From contig CAWVWU010000001.1 of the NCBI GenBank assembly GCA_963933925.1, positions 1,231-65,230 on the forward strand: a DNA stretch of 64,000 nt, given 5' to 3'. The stretch is from an uncultured Puniceicoccaceae bacterium. Its GTDB lineage: Bacteria > Verrucomicrobiota > Verrucomicrobiia > Opitutales > Opitutaceae. Every line of letters begins with the position of its first letter. Within the stretch, counting starts at the first letter, position 1. The notes below the pieces were generated by a model that ran no database searches, was not told where the DNA came from, and worked only from the letters and a program-made list of their open reading frames with translations. This document shows, piece by piece, positions 26,601 through 35,630 of the stretch. The translations under genes were made by a program, and so were the position numbers.

Positions 26601-26652
26601 ATTTCAAACAGGAAGTTGCACAGTTATCAGGAAATTGCTGGTATTTGGGCAG

Positions 26653-26744
26653 AAAAAAGGCGGATCGCCTACCCCTAAGCGATCCGCCACTCGTTTTCTT
26701 AGTTACCCCAAATTCTCGCTAGGCGAGAAAGTGTTAAAATTCAT
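26653..26744 (-). promoter_or_regulatory. Candidate transcription attenuator: leader peptide plus terminator upstream of DAHP synthase
   Basis: Leader ORF 26744-26703 MNFNTFSPSENLG*; terminator GGCGGATCGC-TTAGGGGTAG-GCGATCCGCC-TTTTTT (26688-26653) in the 5' region of the gene. Confidence 0.55.
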
Positions 26745-26812
26745 TGACGGCTTTAATTACGCAGGGCTTGGTCTCTGTCAATGAATTATCCAAATATTTT
26801 ATAAAAAAAGTG

Positions 26813-27748
26813 ATGAAAGAGAGTTTAGACCGATATTTTTACAAACCAAAGGGGTTACTAAGGGTATTTGGGCCTGACGCAGCGGGATTTCTGCAAGGAC
26901 AGTTTAGTAATGATCTCTCTGGAGAGGCTGGAAAGTGTGTTTATGGATATTGGTTGAATCGTAAGGGGAAGGTTTTGGCTGATAGTTTTGTTCTGAAGGA
27001 GTCTGAGGAAACGTTTTGGTTGGTGAGTTATGAGTGTTTATCAGCTGTGATCGCAGAGCGGCTGGATTCCTATATTATAATGGACGATGTCGAAGTGGAG
27101 ATTTTGTCTGAGGCATATGGAGCGTTTTCGGTTTGGGGTGAGGATTTGGAATCTGCTGCTTTGCCTAATGAAGTTGATGTGCCGGCACAGGGTGAGTTTT
27201 CGAGTTTCGAAGGAGGGTTTTGTTTTCGAGGCGTTCGTGGAGGAGGTTTTCCTTCGATTGAAATCGTTCAGATTGCTGATTCTGGGGCGAGTGTCCTTGA
27301 TGTTTTGGCACGGGATCCAGGTATTCATGATTTGACTTCGATGGATGTAGATAATTTTTCGATAGTAGAGGATCGTCCAATTCCTCCACGTGCGTTTGGC
27401 GAGACTGATTTGCCGCAAGAAACGTCAATGGGAATTGATGCGATTTCATATAATAAGGGCTGTTATTTGGGGCAGGAAGTTATGGCTCGAATAAAGTCGA
27501 TGGGGCGAGTTCGTCGTCAGCTCATTCCCGCACAGTTGAATGGGCTTATTTCTGTTGGGACAGAATCCCGTGAGGTGAAAAGCTCGGCTGGAATAAAAGT
27601 CGGTGATTTCAGGGCCTTGACGAATGATGGGGTGGATACATATGGCTTTGTGATGCTTAAGTCTGGCCAGAGATTGGAGGACTGTCATCTAGAAGGACTC
27701 TCAGGGAATTTTGTGTCTTTAAGAGAGTATGGGGCTGAGGACATATAA
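26813..27748 (+). CDS. ygfZ: YgfZ/GcvT-like folate-binding protein
   Basis: DAAGFLQGQFSND, LNRKGKVLAD, ISYNKGCYLGQEVMAR; ATG 26813 preferred. Confidence 0.9.
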   Translation: MKESLDRYFYKPKGLLRVFGPDAAGFLQGQFSNDLSGEAGKCVYGYWLNRKGKVLADSFVLKESEETFWLVSYECLSAVIAERLDSYIIMDDVEVEILSEAYGAFSVWGEDLESAALPNEVDVPAQGEFSSFEGGFCFRGVRGGGFPSIEIVQIADSGASVLDVLARDPGIHDLTSMDVDNFSIVEDRPIPPRAFGETDLPQETSMGIDAISYNKGCYLGQEVMARIKSMGRVRRQLIPAQLNGLISVGTESREVKSSAGIKVGDFRALTNDGVDTYGFVMLKSGQRLEDCHLEGLSGNFVSLREYGAEDI

Positions 27749-27975
27749 TGACGCGGGAAGAGGAAATTGAGAGATTGGCTCAGGTGTTTGTGAATTTGGG
27801 TACGCAGAGCGAGCAGGGTGTTGTGATGGCAAAGCAGATGCTGAAGCGCGCAGATCAGCTGTCTGAAGAGCGCTCGATCCCTAGGACGGAGGCTCTCGAT
27901 CACCTCATGAAGGTGTTAATTGCGGGGCGAAAAGGGGAGTCATACCCCTCAAATGGCGATTTTAGGGACTCTTAG
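27748..27975 (+). CDS. Hypothetical helical protein (75 aa)
   Basis: ATG shares its A with the ygfZ stop (TAATG); MAKQMLKRADQLSEER. Confidence 0.7.
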   Translation: MTREEEIERLAQVFVNLGTQSEQGVVMAKQMLKRADQLSEERSIPRTEALDHLMKVLIAGRKGESYPSNGDFRDS

Positions 27976-28102
27976 GGCAAAAAATAGCATTTTTTTTGGG
28001 TCTTCGAATACAATTCCATTGACGCCCAACGTGTAGGGGATTCGCTAGAGACTGTTTTGTACATCTTCGTACCCCTTACTTAATTAATTAATATCTTAAT
28101 AT

Positions 28103-28417
28103 ATGAATAAGTCCGAATTAGTTGCTGAAATCCAAAAGAACCTAGGTGATTGCTCAAAAGCTGAAGCTGAAAAGGCATTGGCCGCGGTTACCAGCTCAAT
28201 CAAAACCGCTGTTAAAAAGGCAGGAAAAGAAGTTAAGCTTCGTGATCCTGATTCTAAGGCAGCTGTTGCTATCCAGATCATCGGGTTTGGTACGTTCTCC
28301 GTTACTAAGCGTGCTGCTCGTTCTGGAATCAACCCACTCACTAAGGCTCCTTTGAAGATCAAGGCGAGCAAGGCAGTTAAGTTCAAAGCGGGTGCAGGTC
28401 TTAAGGATCAGCTCTAA
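28103..28417 (+). CDS. hup: HU-family DNA-binding protein with an insertion
   Basis: MNKSELVAEI, IGFGTFSV.KRAARSGINP.T, IKASKAVKFKAGAGLK. Confidence 0.93.
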   Translation: MNKSELVAEIQKNLGDCSKAEAEKALAAVTSSIKTAVKKAGKEVKLRDPDSKAAVAIQIIGFGTFSVTKRAARSGINPLTKAPLKIKASKAVKFKAGAGLKDQL

Positions 28418-28445
28418 GCTTTATTCTTTGTAATAATTTTTTGGA

Positions 28446-28477
28446 AACCCACGGTGTTATACCGTGGGTTTTTTTTT
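28446..28477 (+). terminator. Rho-independent terminator of HU
   Basis: AACCCACGGT-GTTAT-ACCGTGGGTT followed by a T-run. Confidence 0.9.
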
Positions 28478-28803
28478 GTGTATCGATGGGGTCTTATGCT
28501 TGGATTTGTGTCAAATCGACGAATACGGAAGACTTGAATCCGAGGGGGCTATTGCTGTTTGAATTTTCGACAGAGAGAAGGCTGCTGATCGTTTGTTTAA
28601 AACGTGAATGGATGGCTATAAAGTCGGATCTTTAAATGAGTGAAATTGGACTTTTTTGAAACGGCACTTGCGATGCATTTTGAGCTACGAAGGGTCAGCT
28701 AAAGACGCGACGTTTCGCGAAAGTAGCTTTCTTCATTGTGGTGATGTGCGTGTGGAGAAAAACGGTGGGGGCTAGTGCTCTTTCTTGAAAGAGGGTGTTC
28801 ATT

Positions 28804-29700
28804 CTAGGTGAGGAGTTCAGCGACAAGTTCGAAGTACTTGTCTACTTCGGTTTCTAGAAAAAGGAGATAGACGAGTGCACCAGCGGCTAGCATGGGTCCG
28901 AAGGGAGTTCTTACACCAACTATCTTGTTTTCGTTTTCCTCGGTTTTTGGCTTCTTTTTAAGAAGCAGTTTAAAGGGGAGATAGACCATTAAGGCTATGG
29001 TGCCGATTGCTGCTCCTCCGAATAGAGCAAATACGGCTCCTTGCCAGCCGGCGAAAGCACCGATTGCTCCGAGGAGTTTGACATCTCCGAAGCCCATAGC
29101 CTCCTTTCTCAGGATGACTTCAGCTGTGAGGGCGAGCCATAGGATGAGCCCGGACCCGATGAAGAGTCCCGTGATGGCGTCGGTGAATGAGCGAATGCAG
29201 GCGACAGAGAAAGGTTCGACTGAGTGGCCATGTAACGCGGGGATGAATGCTGAGAGTAAAATTCCGAAAAATGCGGTGCCGATTGAGAATCGGTCGGGGA
29301 TTTCCATGGTATCCCAATCGATGAAGCTGGCACAGACCATAAGAGATATGAAGAACATGATGCAGGCTGCTTTGGCTGCGGGGAGTTCAATCCATGCGAA
29401 TAGGAATAAGGCTCCGGTGAGGGCTTCAACCATGGGGTAGCGGATGGAGTAGGGCTGCTTGCAGCAGCGTGCTCGGCCGCGAAGGATAAACCAACTGAGA
29501 ATGGGGATGTTGTCGTAAGCGGCTATCTTCTTGCCACAGGAGCAGGTCGAGCCCGGGTGAACTATCGATTTTTTAGCAGGTATCCTGTAGATGCATACAT
29601 TGAGGAAGCTACCAACGATCGCTCCAAATATGAAGATCATGACTTGGAAGAACCAGGGGAACTCGGCGTTAACCGTTTGAAAGTCTTGTATTAGGGACAT
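28804..29700 (-). CDS. pilD: Prepilin peptidase / N-methyltransferase
   Basis: GSFLNVCIYRIP, DNIPILSWFILRGRARCC, IDWD, MGFGDVKL, PFGPMLA. Confidence 0.92.
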   Translation of the reverse strand: MSLIQDFQTVNAEFPWFFQVMIFIFGAIVGSFLNVCIYRIPAKKSIVHPGSTCSCGKKIAAYDNIPILSWFILRGRARCCKQPYSIRYPMVEALTGALFLFAWIELPAAKAACIMFFISLMVCASFIDWDTMEIPDRFSIGTAFFGILLSAFIPALHGHSVEPFSVACIRSFTDAITGLFIGSGLILWLALTAEVILRKEAMGFGDVKLLGAIGAFAGWQGAVFALFGGAAIGTIALMVYLPFKLLLKKKPKTEENENKIVGVRTPFGPMLAAGALVYLLFLETEVDKYFELVAELLT

Positions 29701-29715
29701 CTAATTGGGGAGGGG

Positions 29716-30636
29716 TTAGCTGATGGTGCTGCGTGCAGCGTCGAGCATGGTTTCGGTGCGTGGTTCGACGCCGGTCCAGTGACTGAGGGACTTGGCACCT
29801 TGGAAGGCGAGCATTGTGAGTCCGTTTGCGGCATTGCCGCCTTGGTTTGTTACGGTCTCCATTAGTTTTGTCATTGGGGGATTGTAGACCATGTCGTAGA
29901 GGTCGATGGCAGACGAAAGTGCTCCGGCGTTCAGGGGGAGGGGGTCGTCGGGCTTCATGCCGAGGGACGTCGCGTTGATCATGAGAGCGTGACTCGGGAT
30001 CTGGAATTCTGGATCAGTGGGGGCTGAGCCGCTGATTTTTACGTGTTCTGCTTGGGGGAGACATTTGATCGATTTGATGAGAGCGGAGAGTCGATCTTGG
30101 TTACGGTTTATGATGTGGAGGCGGGAGCAATTGCTTTGCAGGCATTGCACTGCGGCGGCTCTAGCGGCGCCCCCTGCTCCGAGAAGGACGACGGAGCTGC
30201 CGGAAATTGTCCGGCCAAGTTCTTGTTTTATACCGGCCTCAAGGCCATAGCCGTCTGTATTGAATCCAATGTATCCATCGCCTGAGAGCATTAATGTGTT
30301 GATGGCACCGATTGGTTGTGCGGCAGGGTCGATGGATTTTACGCCGTCGATGGCGATGGTTTTGTGTGGAACCGTGAGATTTATACCATGAAAGCCTTTT
30401 TTTCTAAAGAGAGGGAGACTTGTTAAGAGTTTTTCTGGTGGGACTTCGAAGCGGAAGTAGCGCCAAGTCTTGAAGCGTGGGTCGGCTTCGCTTAGTTCCG
30501 CGAGCACTGTATTGTGCATGATCGGACTGATGGAATGTCGGATCGGGTAGCCGAGGACAGCTAGGCTGGTGCCGCTGAAATTCCATTGATTGAGGTCGTC
30601 GAGAGTGTAAGTGGCTTCAGAGTCGTAGTTCTCCAT
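29716..30636 (-). CDS. aroE: Shikimate dehydrogenase
   Basis: GYPIRHSISP.MHN, GINLTVPHK, NTDGYG, GAGGAARA, INATSLG, DMVYNP. Confidence 0.92.
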   Translation of the reverse strand: MENYDSEATYTLDDLNQWNFSGTSLAVLGYPIRHSISPIMHNTVLAELSEADPRFKTWRYFRFEVPPEKLLTSLPLFRKKGFHGINLTVPHKTIAIDGVKSIDPAAQPIGAINTLMLSGDGYIGFNTDGYGLEAGIKQELGRTISGSSVVLLGAGGAARAAAVQCLQSNCSRLHIINRNQDRLSALIKSIKCLPQAEHVKISGSAPTDPEFQIPSHALMINATSLGMKPDDPLPLNAGALSSAIDLYDMVYNPPMTKLMETVTNQGGNAANGLTMLAFQGAKSLSHWTGVEPRTETMLDAARSTIS

Positions 30637-30687
30637 TCGCGATCAACGCAAACCTAAGGGCATCCTGCGAGCGAGAAAAAAAGGCGT

Positions 30688-31548
30688 TTAGAATCCGTTG
30701 TGATTGCGATCTACTGTTTGGAATTCACTCACGAAGCGTTGAAAGGTTTGTGCGAAATCTGCTTGTCCGGCTTGGTTGTAGTGACTGACGAGATTGCGGC
30801 AACTGCGGCAGAGGATTTCTCTGATGGTGGTGGGGACGAGTACGCTTGGGTCGGTTATGAAGCCGATTGTGCCGTTGTTTTGGAGGAGTTCTTCTCCGGT
30901 CCAGAGTTTGCCGCTATCGAATGGATCGATAAAGAGGGCTTGGGGCGTTTCGTAGCATCCGACAATGAAGTGTCCCGGGATGGCGACGCCTTCGAGGTCG
31001 AGTCCTAATCTACCGGCTACTAGTATATAGAGGATGGACAGACTTATTGGTAGTCCGGTCTTTTGTTTAAGAATCTCTGGGAGAAAGCTGTTTTTGGGGT
31101 TGGTGTAGTCTTCTCGATTTCCACGAAATTCCATCTCGTGGAAAAGGATTCGATTTATGACGAGGAGTTTGTCGCGTGGGCTGGCCGGTTCGATGAGGAG
31201 TTGACGGCAGCGGAAAGCAATTTGATCGAGGGACTTGCAGACGTCGCCGGTGGCTAGGCTGCGATTGGCGATGCGGAGGCTTCCGCTTTCGAGTTCATAG
31301 CGTTCGGACTGGATGAATTTGATGAACTCGGAGATTGGGTTATCTTTATCGAGTTCGGAGAGAAACCAACGTGCGTGCCAGCTCAAGAGTCGATTTGGGC
31401 GTTTTGCGATGGTATTGAGGAAGTCGAATCCTTGGGGTCCCATACGAATGAATTCGTCAATAAGTTGGGTCCTCACCCACGGTGAGGGATCGTCGATCAG
31501 ATCGAGTAAAGCTTCTTCGCGTTCGATTGTTAGACTACCGTTTCGCAC
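30688..31548 (-). CDS. SirB1 / transglutaminase-like (Transglut_core2) protein
   Basis: FRGNREDYTNPKNSFL, GLPISLSILY, GVAIPGHF, FIDPF. Confidence 0.8.
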   Translation of the reverse strand: MRNGSLTIEREEALLDLIDDPSPWVRTQLIDEFIRMGPQGFDFLNTIAKRPNRLLSWHARWFLSELDKDNPISEFIKFIQSERYELESGSLRIANRSLATGDVCKSLDQIAFRCRQLLIEPASPRDKLLVINRILFHEMEFRGNREDYTNPKNSFLPEILKQKTGLPISLSILYILVAGRLGLDLEGVAIPGHFIVGCYETPQALFIDPFDSGKLWTGEELLQNNGTIGFITDPSVLVPTTIREILCRSCRNLVSHYNQAGQADFAQTFQRFVSEFQTVDRNHNGF

Positions 31549-31794
31549 GATTTAGATTATCGTTGAGTGGAATTTCTTTCGCAACCTCAATGACTTCTAA
31601 AGCTTGTAAATTGCCGTAAATTACGGATGTCCGAAGGGACGAGTGAGTCTATTGGTATGGGGAATTAGGCAGTGCTACTCACAAAATTGATAAAATTTCG
31701 TTAGTCGATTTTAGAAACCGAAAATGCTGTCGATGTAATGAACAAGGAATCATCCAAACTCTAATTAAGAAAGGAATCTTAACTCTAAAAGGGC

Positions 31795-32004
31795 ATGGAA
31801 CAGCTCTATCCATTAAATATCATTGAACGGCGTTTTCCGGTTTTGCGCGAGCAGCGCGAAAAAGCGGAACGCGAAGCAGTCGATGGAAATTCGCGAATGC
31901 AGCAAGGACCCGAGGAATCGGAGGTCGGTGATGAACCGGGCTTATATTCCAGTCTCCCTTATGAAGGGGGAGAGGCGGGAAAGCACTTAAACACTTTGGC
32001 TTGA
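31795..32004 (+). CDS. Possible small hypothetical protein
   Basis: AAAGGG just before the ATG; charged sequence; overlaps the convergent receiver gene by 18 nt. Confidence 0.3.
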   Translation: MEQLYPLNIIERRFPVLREQREKAEREAVDGNSRMQQGPEESEVGDEPGLYSSLPYEGGEAGKHLNTLA

Positions 32005-32400
32005 AAGCGTTGCACTAGAAAATTTCTCGACTCCCGCGGTTAGCGTGTCGACAAAACTCATCGAATGGAATGGTTTAGAAATCATTCCAGCGATTCTTCT
32101 GTGTCCGATTCGGTCGTGCATTTCGTCTGAACCGCAGCCGCTTATTAGAAAAATGGGCAGGTCGTCTTTTATTAGGGTTAGTTCGTCAAATAGTTCTTCT
32201 CCTCGCTTGCCTCCTAGATTGAGATCAATGATCGCTGCTGAGATGGATCCTTTATTGTGGGATAGGATCTCTATTGCTTCGTCCGAATTGGATGCGATTG
32301 ATACGGCTTTTTTGCGTACCTCAAGGAGCGTCTTTAGTAGCGTTCGCATTCCTTCGTCGTCGTCGACGACCAAATATGTTTCGTGGTCGGTAGTTAGCAT
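31987..32400 (-). CDS. Stand-alone response regulator receiver domain
   Basis: LVVDDD, IIDLNL (phospho-Asp), LISG, ISKPF. Confidence 0.85.
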   Translation of the reverse strand: MLTTDHETYLVVDDDEGMRTLLKTLLEVRKKAVSIASNSDEAIEILSHNKGSISAAIIDLNLGGKRGEELFDELTLIKDDLPIFLISGCGSDEMHDRIGHRRIAGMISKPFHSMSFVDTLTAGVEKFSSATLSSQSV

Positions 32401-32734
32401 AGAGTATGTTCTCTAGAGTATCGGAGCGAGTGCTCTAATGTTTATGACGAATTTGGTAAAAAGGATTGAATCAACCGGATTTCACGGATGATAGCGTTCA
32501 TCCTCTTTGGAAAACCCTGTAAAAAGCAGAATTACTGAAAAGGGAAAAGCGTTTAACGTTTTTTTGCAATTCGAAACTGTAGCATGAGGCGTGGATTGTG
32601 AATTTTTCTACGTTTAGAGGGTATGTTGGTATTTTGATCGTGTTGGGAAGCAGGATACGGTTGTGTTTACCTGTTCTTTTCGAACCGCATGGGTTGTCTC
32701 CCTAAAATGGTTTGCTTTTCGAGCGGTGGAGAGA

Positions 32735-33403
32735 ATGCTCCGACTAATAGTGAGGAAGAAGGCAAAGATTTTAGGATTGGGTGGAGCATTTGTATTGCTT
32801 GGGATTGCGGTGCTTCTCTTTTATTTGGAGGAGATAATGGCTTTCGACCTCGAAGCGTTTAAGGAGTTGATTGTCGGTTATGGTCCGTTGCCCTTTTTTG
32901 GTGTTATGTTTGTGGCCTTGTTTTTCGGATCACCAGTGACGCCGTTTCTCGTATTGGCTGGGATCTATGGTTTGGAAGTAGCTATTACGGGCTGTCTCTT
33001 TGCCATTACGTTAAATGTAATGTTGACTTGGTTCGTATCTGGGAGGTGGCTACGACCGTTCTTTGAACGTCTTGTCGAACGATTTGGTTACAAAATCCCT
33101 CATTTTAGAAAGCGTGATATGATTCAGGCTGGTGTCCTTATCCGTCTGACTCCGGGGCTTCCGTTTGTGCTACAGAATTATTTACTGGGATTGGCTCGGA
33201 TGCCCTTCAAGTGGTACCTGATTGTTTCGCTACCGATTGTTTATATAATGGATGTGAGTGTCATTTTGTTTGGTGATGCTCTATTGCGCGGAGATGTCGG
33301 GGTTATCGTCGTGGCGGTATTCTTGATACTGATGATTAGTTTCCTTGTGCGCGTGGTCCACAATCGATTGAAGACGAAGGATTTGGAATCGCAGTTGGGA
33401 TGA
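32735..33403 (+). CDS. VTT/DedA (TVP38-like) membrane protein
   Basis: LIRLTPGLPFVLQNYLLG; ATG 32735 preferred. Confidence 0.8.
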   Translation: MLRLIVRKKAKILGLGGAFVLLGIAVLLFYLEEIMAFDLEAFKELIVGYGPLPFFGVMFVALFFGSPVTPFLVLAGIYGLEVAITGCLFAITLNVMLTWFVSGRWLRPFFERLVERFGYKIPHFRKRDMIQAGVLIRLTPGLPFVLQNYLLGLARMPFKWYLIVSLPIVYIMDVSVILFGDALLRGDVGVIVVAVFLILMISFLVRVVHNRLKTKDLESQLG

Positions 33404-34746
33404 ATTTTGAGGATCAGTTCGAGGATGATTCTAAAACCGTTTCTGAATACACTCGGGCGATCAAAGGTGTTTTAGAGAAGGGAATCCCGCCCGCCTGGGT
33501 CCGGGGTGAAATCTCTAATTTCCGCAAGCAGGCGAGTGGTCATCTGTATTTCAGCTTAAAGGATTCAGGGAGTCAGTTGCCTGCGGTTATGTTTCGCGGG
33601 AATGCGACACGTTTGGGTTTTGAGGTTGATAACGGAGTTGAGGTTTCGGCTTTTGGAGAGTTGAGCGTCTATGAACCTCATGGGCGTTATCAGTTTATCA
33701 TCCGAGGGATGGAGGAGAGTGGTTCGGGGCGATTGCACCGAGCATTTGAACAATTAAAGAAGAAACTTTCGGCGGAGGGTCTTTTTGATGCGGATCGCAA
33801 AAAGACATTTCCTTCGCTTCCTCTTCGGGTGGCGTTTGTAACTTCGCCTAGCGGAGCGGCTGCTCAGGATTTTATCCGAATTCTAAAGCGTCGTGAATGG
33901 GGTGGGAGTTTGACGATTATTCCGGCACGCGTTCAAGGGCGAGAAGCTGCTGATGAGATTTGCTCTGGGATTGAGTTTGCGGAGAAGTCGGGGCTTTTCG
34001 ATCTCGTCGTTATTGGACGTGGTGGCGGGAGTCTTGAGGACTTGTGGTGTTTTAATGAGGAGCGGGTGGCTCGAGCGGTGGCAGCTTGTGGGCTTCCGAT
34101 CGTTTCGGCTGTGGGGCATGAAATCGATTTTACTTTGTCCGATTTTGCAGCGGATGTTCGGGCGGAGACGCCTTCTGCTGCTGCGGAATTGCTGACGAGT
34201 GCTTACTTGGAGAAATTGGAACGCCTTGAAAATGCGGCGATAGATTTTGAAGAAGGTGCCGAGGCCGTTTTGAGAGATCGGGCGTTAGTGCTGGAGCGTT
34301 TGTTGAATCGTTTGAAGGGGTCGGCTCCGTTTGACTTGGTTGAGAAGTGCTTTCTGCGCTTCGACGATATTTCGAACCGTCTCGAAGCGGTAGCGGAGAG
34401 TCGTTTGTCGGGGAAGGGGCGTCGTTTGAATGCTCTGGGATCGCGTTTCCTGATGAATGATCCGTCGGCTCGGATTGAGTTGACTAGCTCTCGCTTGGAT
34501 GGACTGAAAGAACGTATGAATGCGATCGTTGACCGTGAGTTGGTGAAGCGATCGAATTCTTGTGCGTCTCTGGGGAATTCTTTGAAAATGTTGAGTCCGC
34601 AAGCTATATTAGATCGCGGATTTTCAGTGCTTACTGGGAAAGACGGTGGGGTGTTGTCTAAGATGTCTGATCTCCAAGGTGAGACTCAGGTTAAAGCGAC
34701 GTTAAGTGATGGCAGCGTGTCTTTGGATGTGCGCCCGGAGAATTGA
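33400..34746 (+). CDS. xseA: Exodeoxyribonuclease VII large subunit
   Basis: WVRGEISNF..SGHLYFSLKD, GRGGGSLEDLWCFNEE, SAVGHEIDFTLSDF.AD.RAETPSAAAE. Confidence 0.95.
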   Translation: MNFEDQFEDDSKTVSEYTRAIKGVLEKGIPPAWVRGEISNFRKQASGHLYFSLKDSGSQLPAVMFRGNATRLGFEVDNGVEVSAFGELSVYEPHGRYQFIIRGMEESGSGRLHRAFEQLKKKLSAEGLFDADRKKTFPSLPLRVAFVTSPSGAAAQDFIRILKRREWGGSLTIIPARVQGREAADEICSGIEFAEKSGLFDLVVIGRGGGSLEDLWCFNEERVARAVAACGLPIVSAVGHEIDFTLSDFAADVRAETPSAAAELLTSAYLEKLERLENAAIDFEEGAEAVLRDRALVLERLLNRLKGSAPFDLVEKCFLRFDDISNRLEAVAESRLSGKGRRLNALGSRFLMNDPSARIELTSSRLDGLKERMNAIVDRELVKRSNSCASLGNSLKMLSPQAILDRGFSVLTGKDGGVLSKMSDLQGETQVKATLSDGSVSLDVRPEN

Positions 34747-34970
34747 TTTTTAGTTAGGCGTTGAGCTTCACTTGCACTGATGAAGATTATCCGTGGCGAG
34801 AGGCCATTTCATTTGATTGGTGGCATTCTTGAAGTAGATTTTGACGATAGGGCTCTGCTGCGTGCTCCCGCGGAATGCGGGATCACGCCCTACCTACGAC
34901 GGACTAAGTGAAAATGGTCTAGAAACAAAATCGCCTCGATGGGTGAGAATCGAGGCGTTGAAAAAATGTG

Positions 34971-35372
34971 TTATGCGGCTTTTGAAATTTCGTCCAAAAT
35001 CCGTGACGCGAGTGGGACGTTGGAGACTTTGAGGATGAGGCGTGAGGAGGCCCCTTCGTCGTCGACCGTGGCGTAGACGTAGTCGATATTAACTCCGGAA
35101 GATGCAAGGAGGCGGGTTATTTCTGCGAGGCGTCCTTTACTATCTTGAAGCCGGATCGAGATGATTTGTTCCTGTTGGGTATCGTATCCTTTTCCGAGCA
35201 GAAATTCAGTGCTTCCGATCGGGTCGCAGGTTGTTAATCTCATGACGCCGGAGTCGAGAGAAACTGAGCGAATGTGGAAGCCGGCATTGGAGAGTTCTTC
35301 ACTGATGTTAGCGATTTGTCCGAGTTCGTCTTTTAGGGTGACGGAAAGCTGCGTTTCTATTTCAAATTTCAT
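34971..35372 (-). CDS. Tandem ACT-domain protein
   Basis: QLSVTLKDELGQIA; DSKGRLAEITRLLASSGVNIDYVY. Confidence 0.8.
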   Translation of the reverse strand: MKFEIETQLSVTLKDELGQIANISEELSNAGFHIRSVSLDSGVMRLTTCDPIGSTEFLLGKGYDTQQEQIISIRLQDSKGRLAEITRLLASSGVNIDYVYATVDDEGASSRLILKVSNVPLASRILDEISKAA

Positions 35373-35630
35373 GGGGGTGGATAAGAGCGGATTGTGAATT
35401 GAAGCGTTGCTTCGTCCTCAAAAATAAAAAAGTCGGAATCGATTGATTCCGAAGGGAAGTTAAGTGCCTAAGGGAAAATCTTAACAAGTCAAGAGATGGG
35501 AATAGAGAGCAGCAGGCGTCTGGGTGTGATTTAGGAGCAGGGAGATCGGTTAAGCTTATCGTGTTTAAGAGGATATGAGAAACAACAATAGGGGCTAATA
35601 TTTTCTAAATATCCTTGAAGGCGATTGGGG

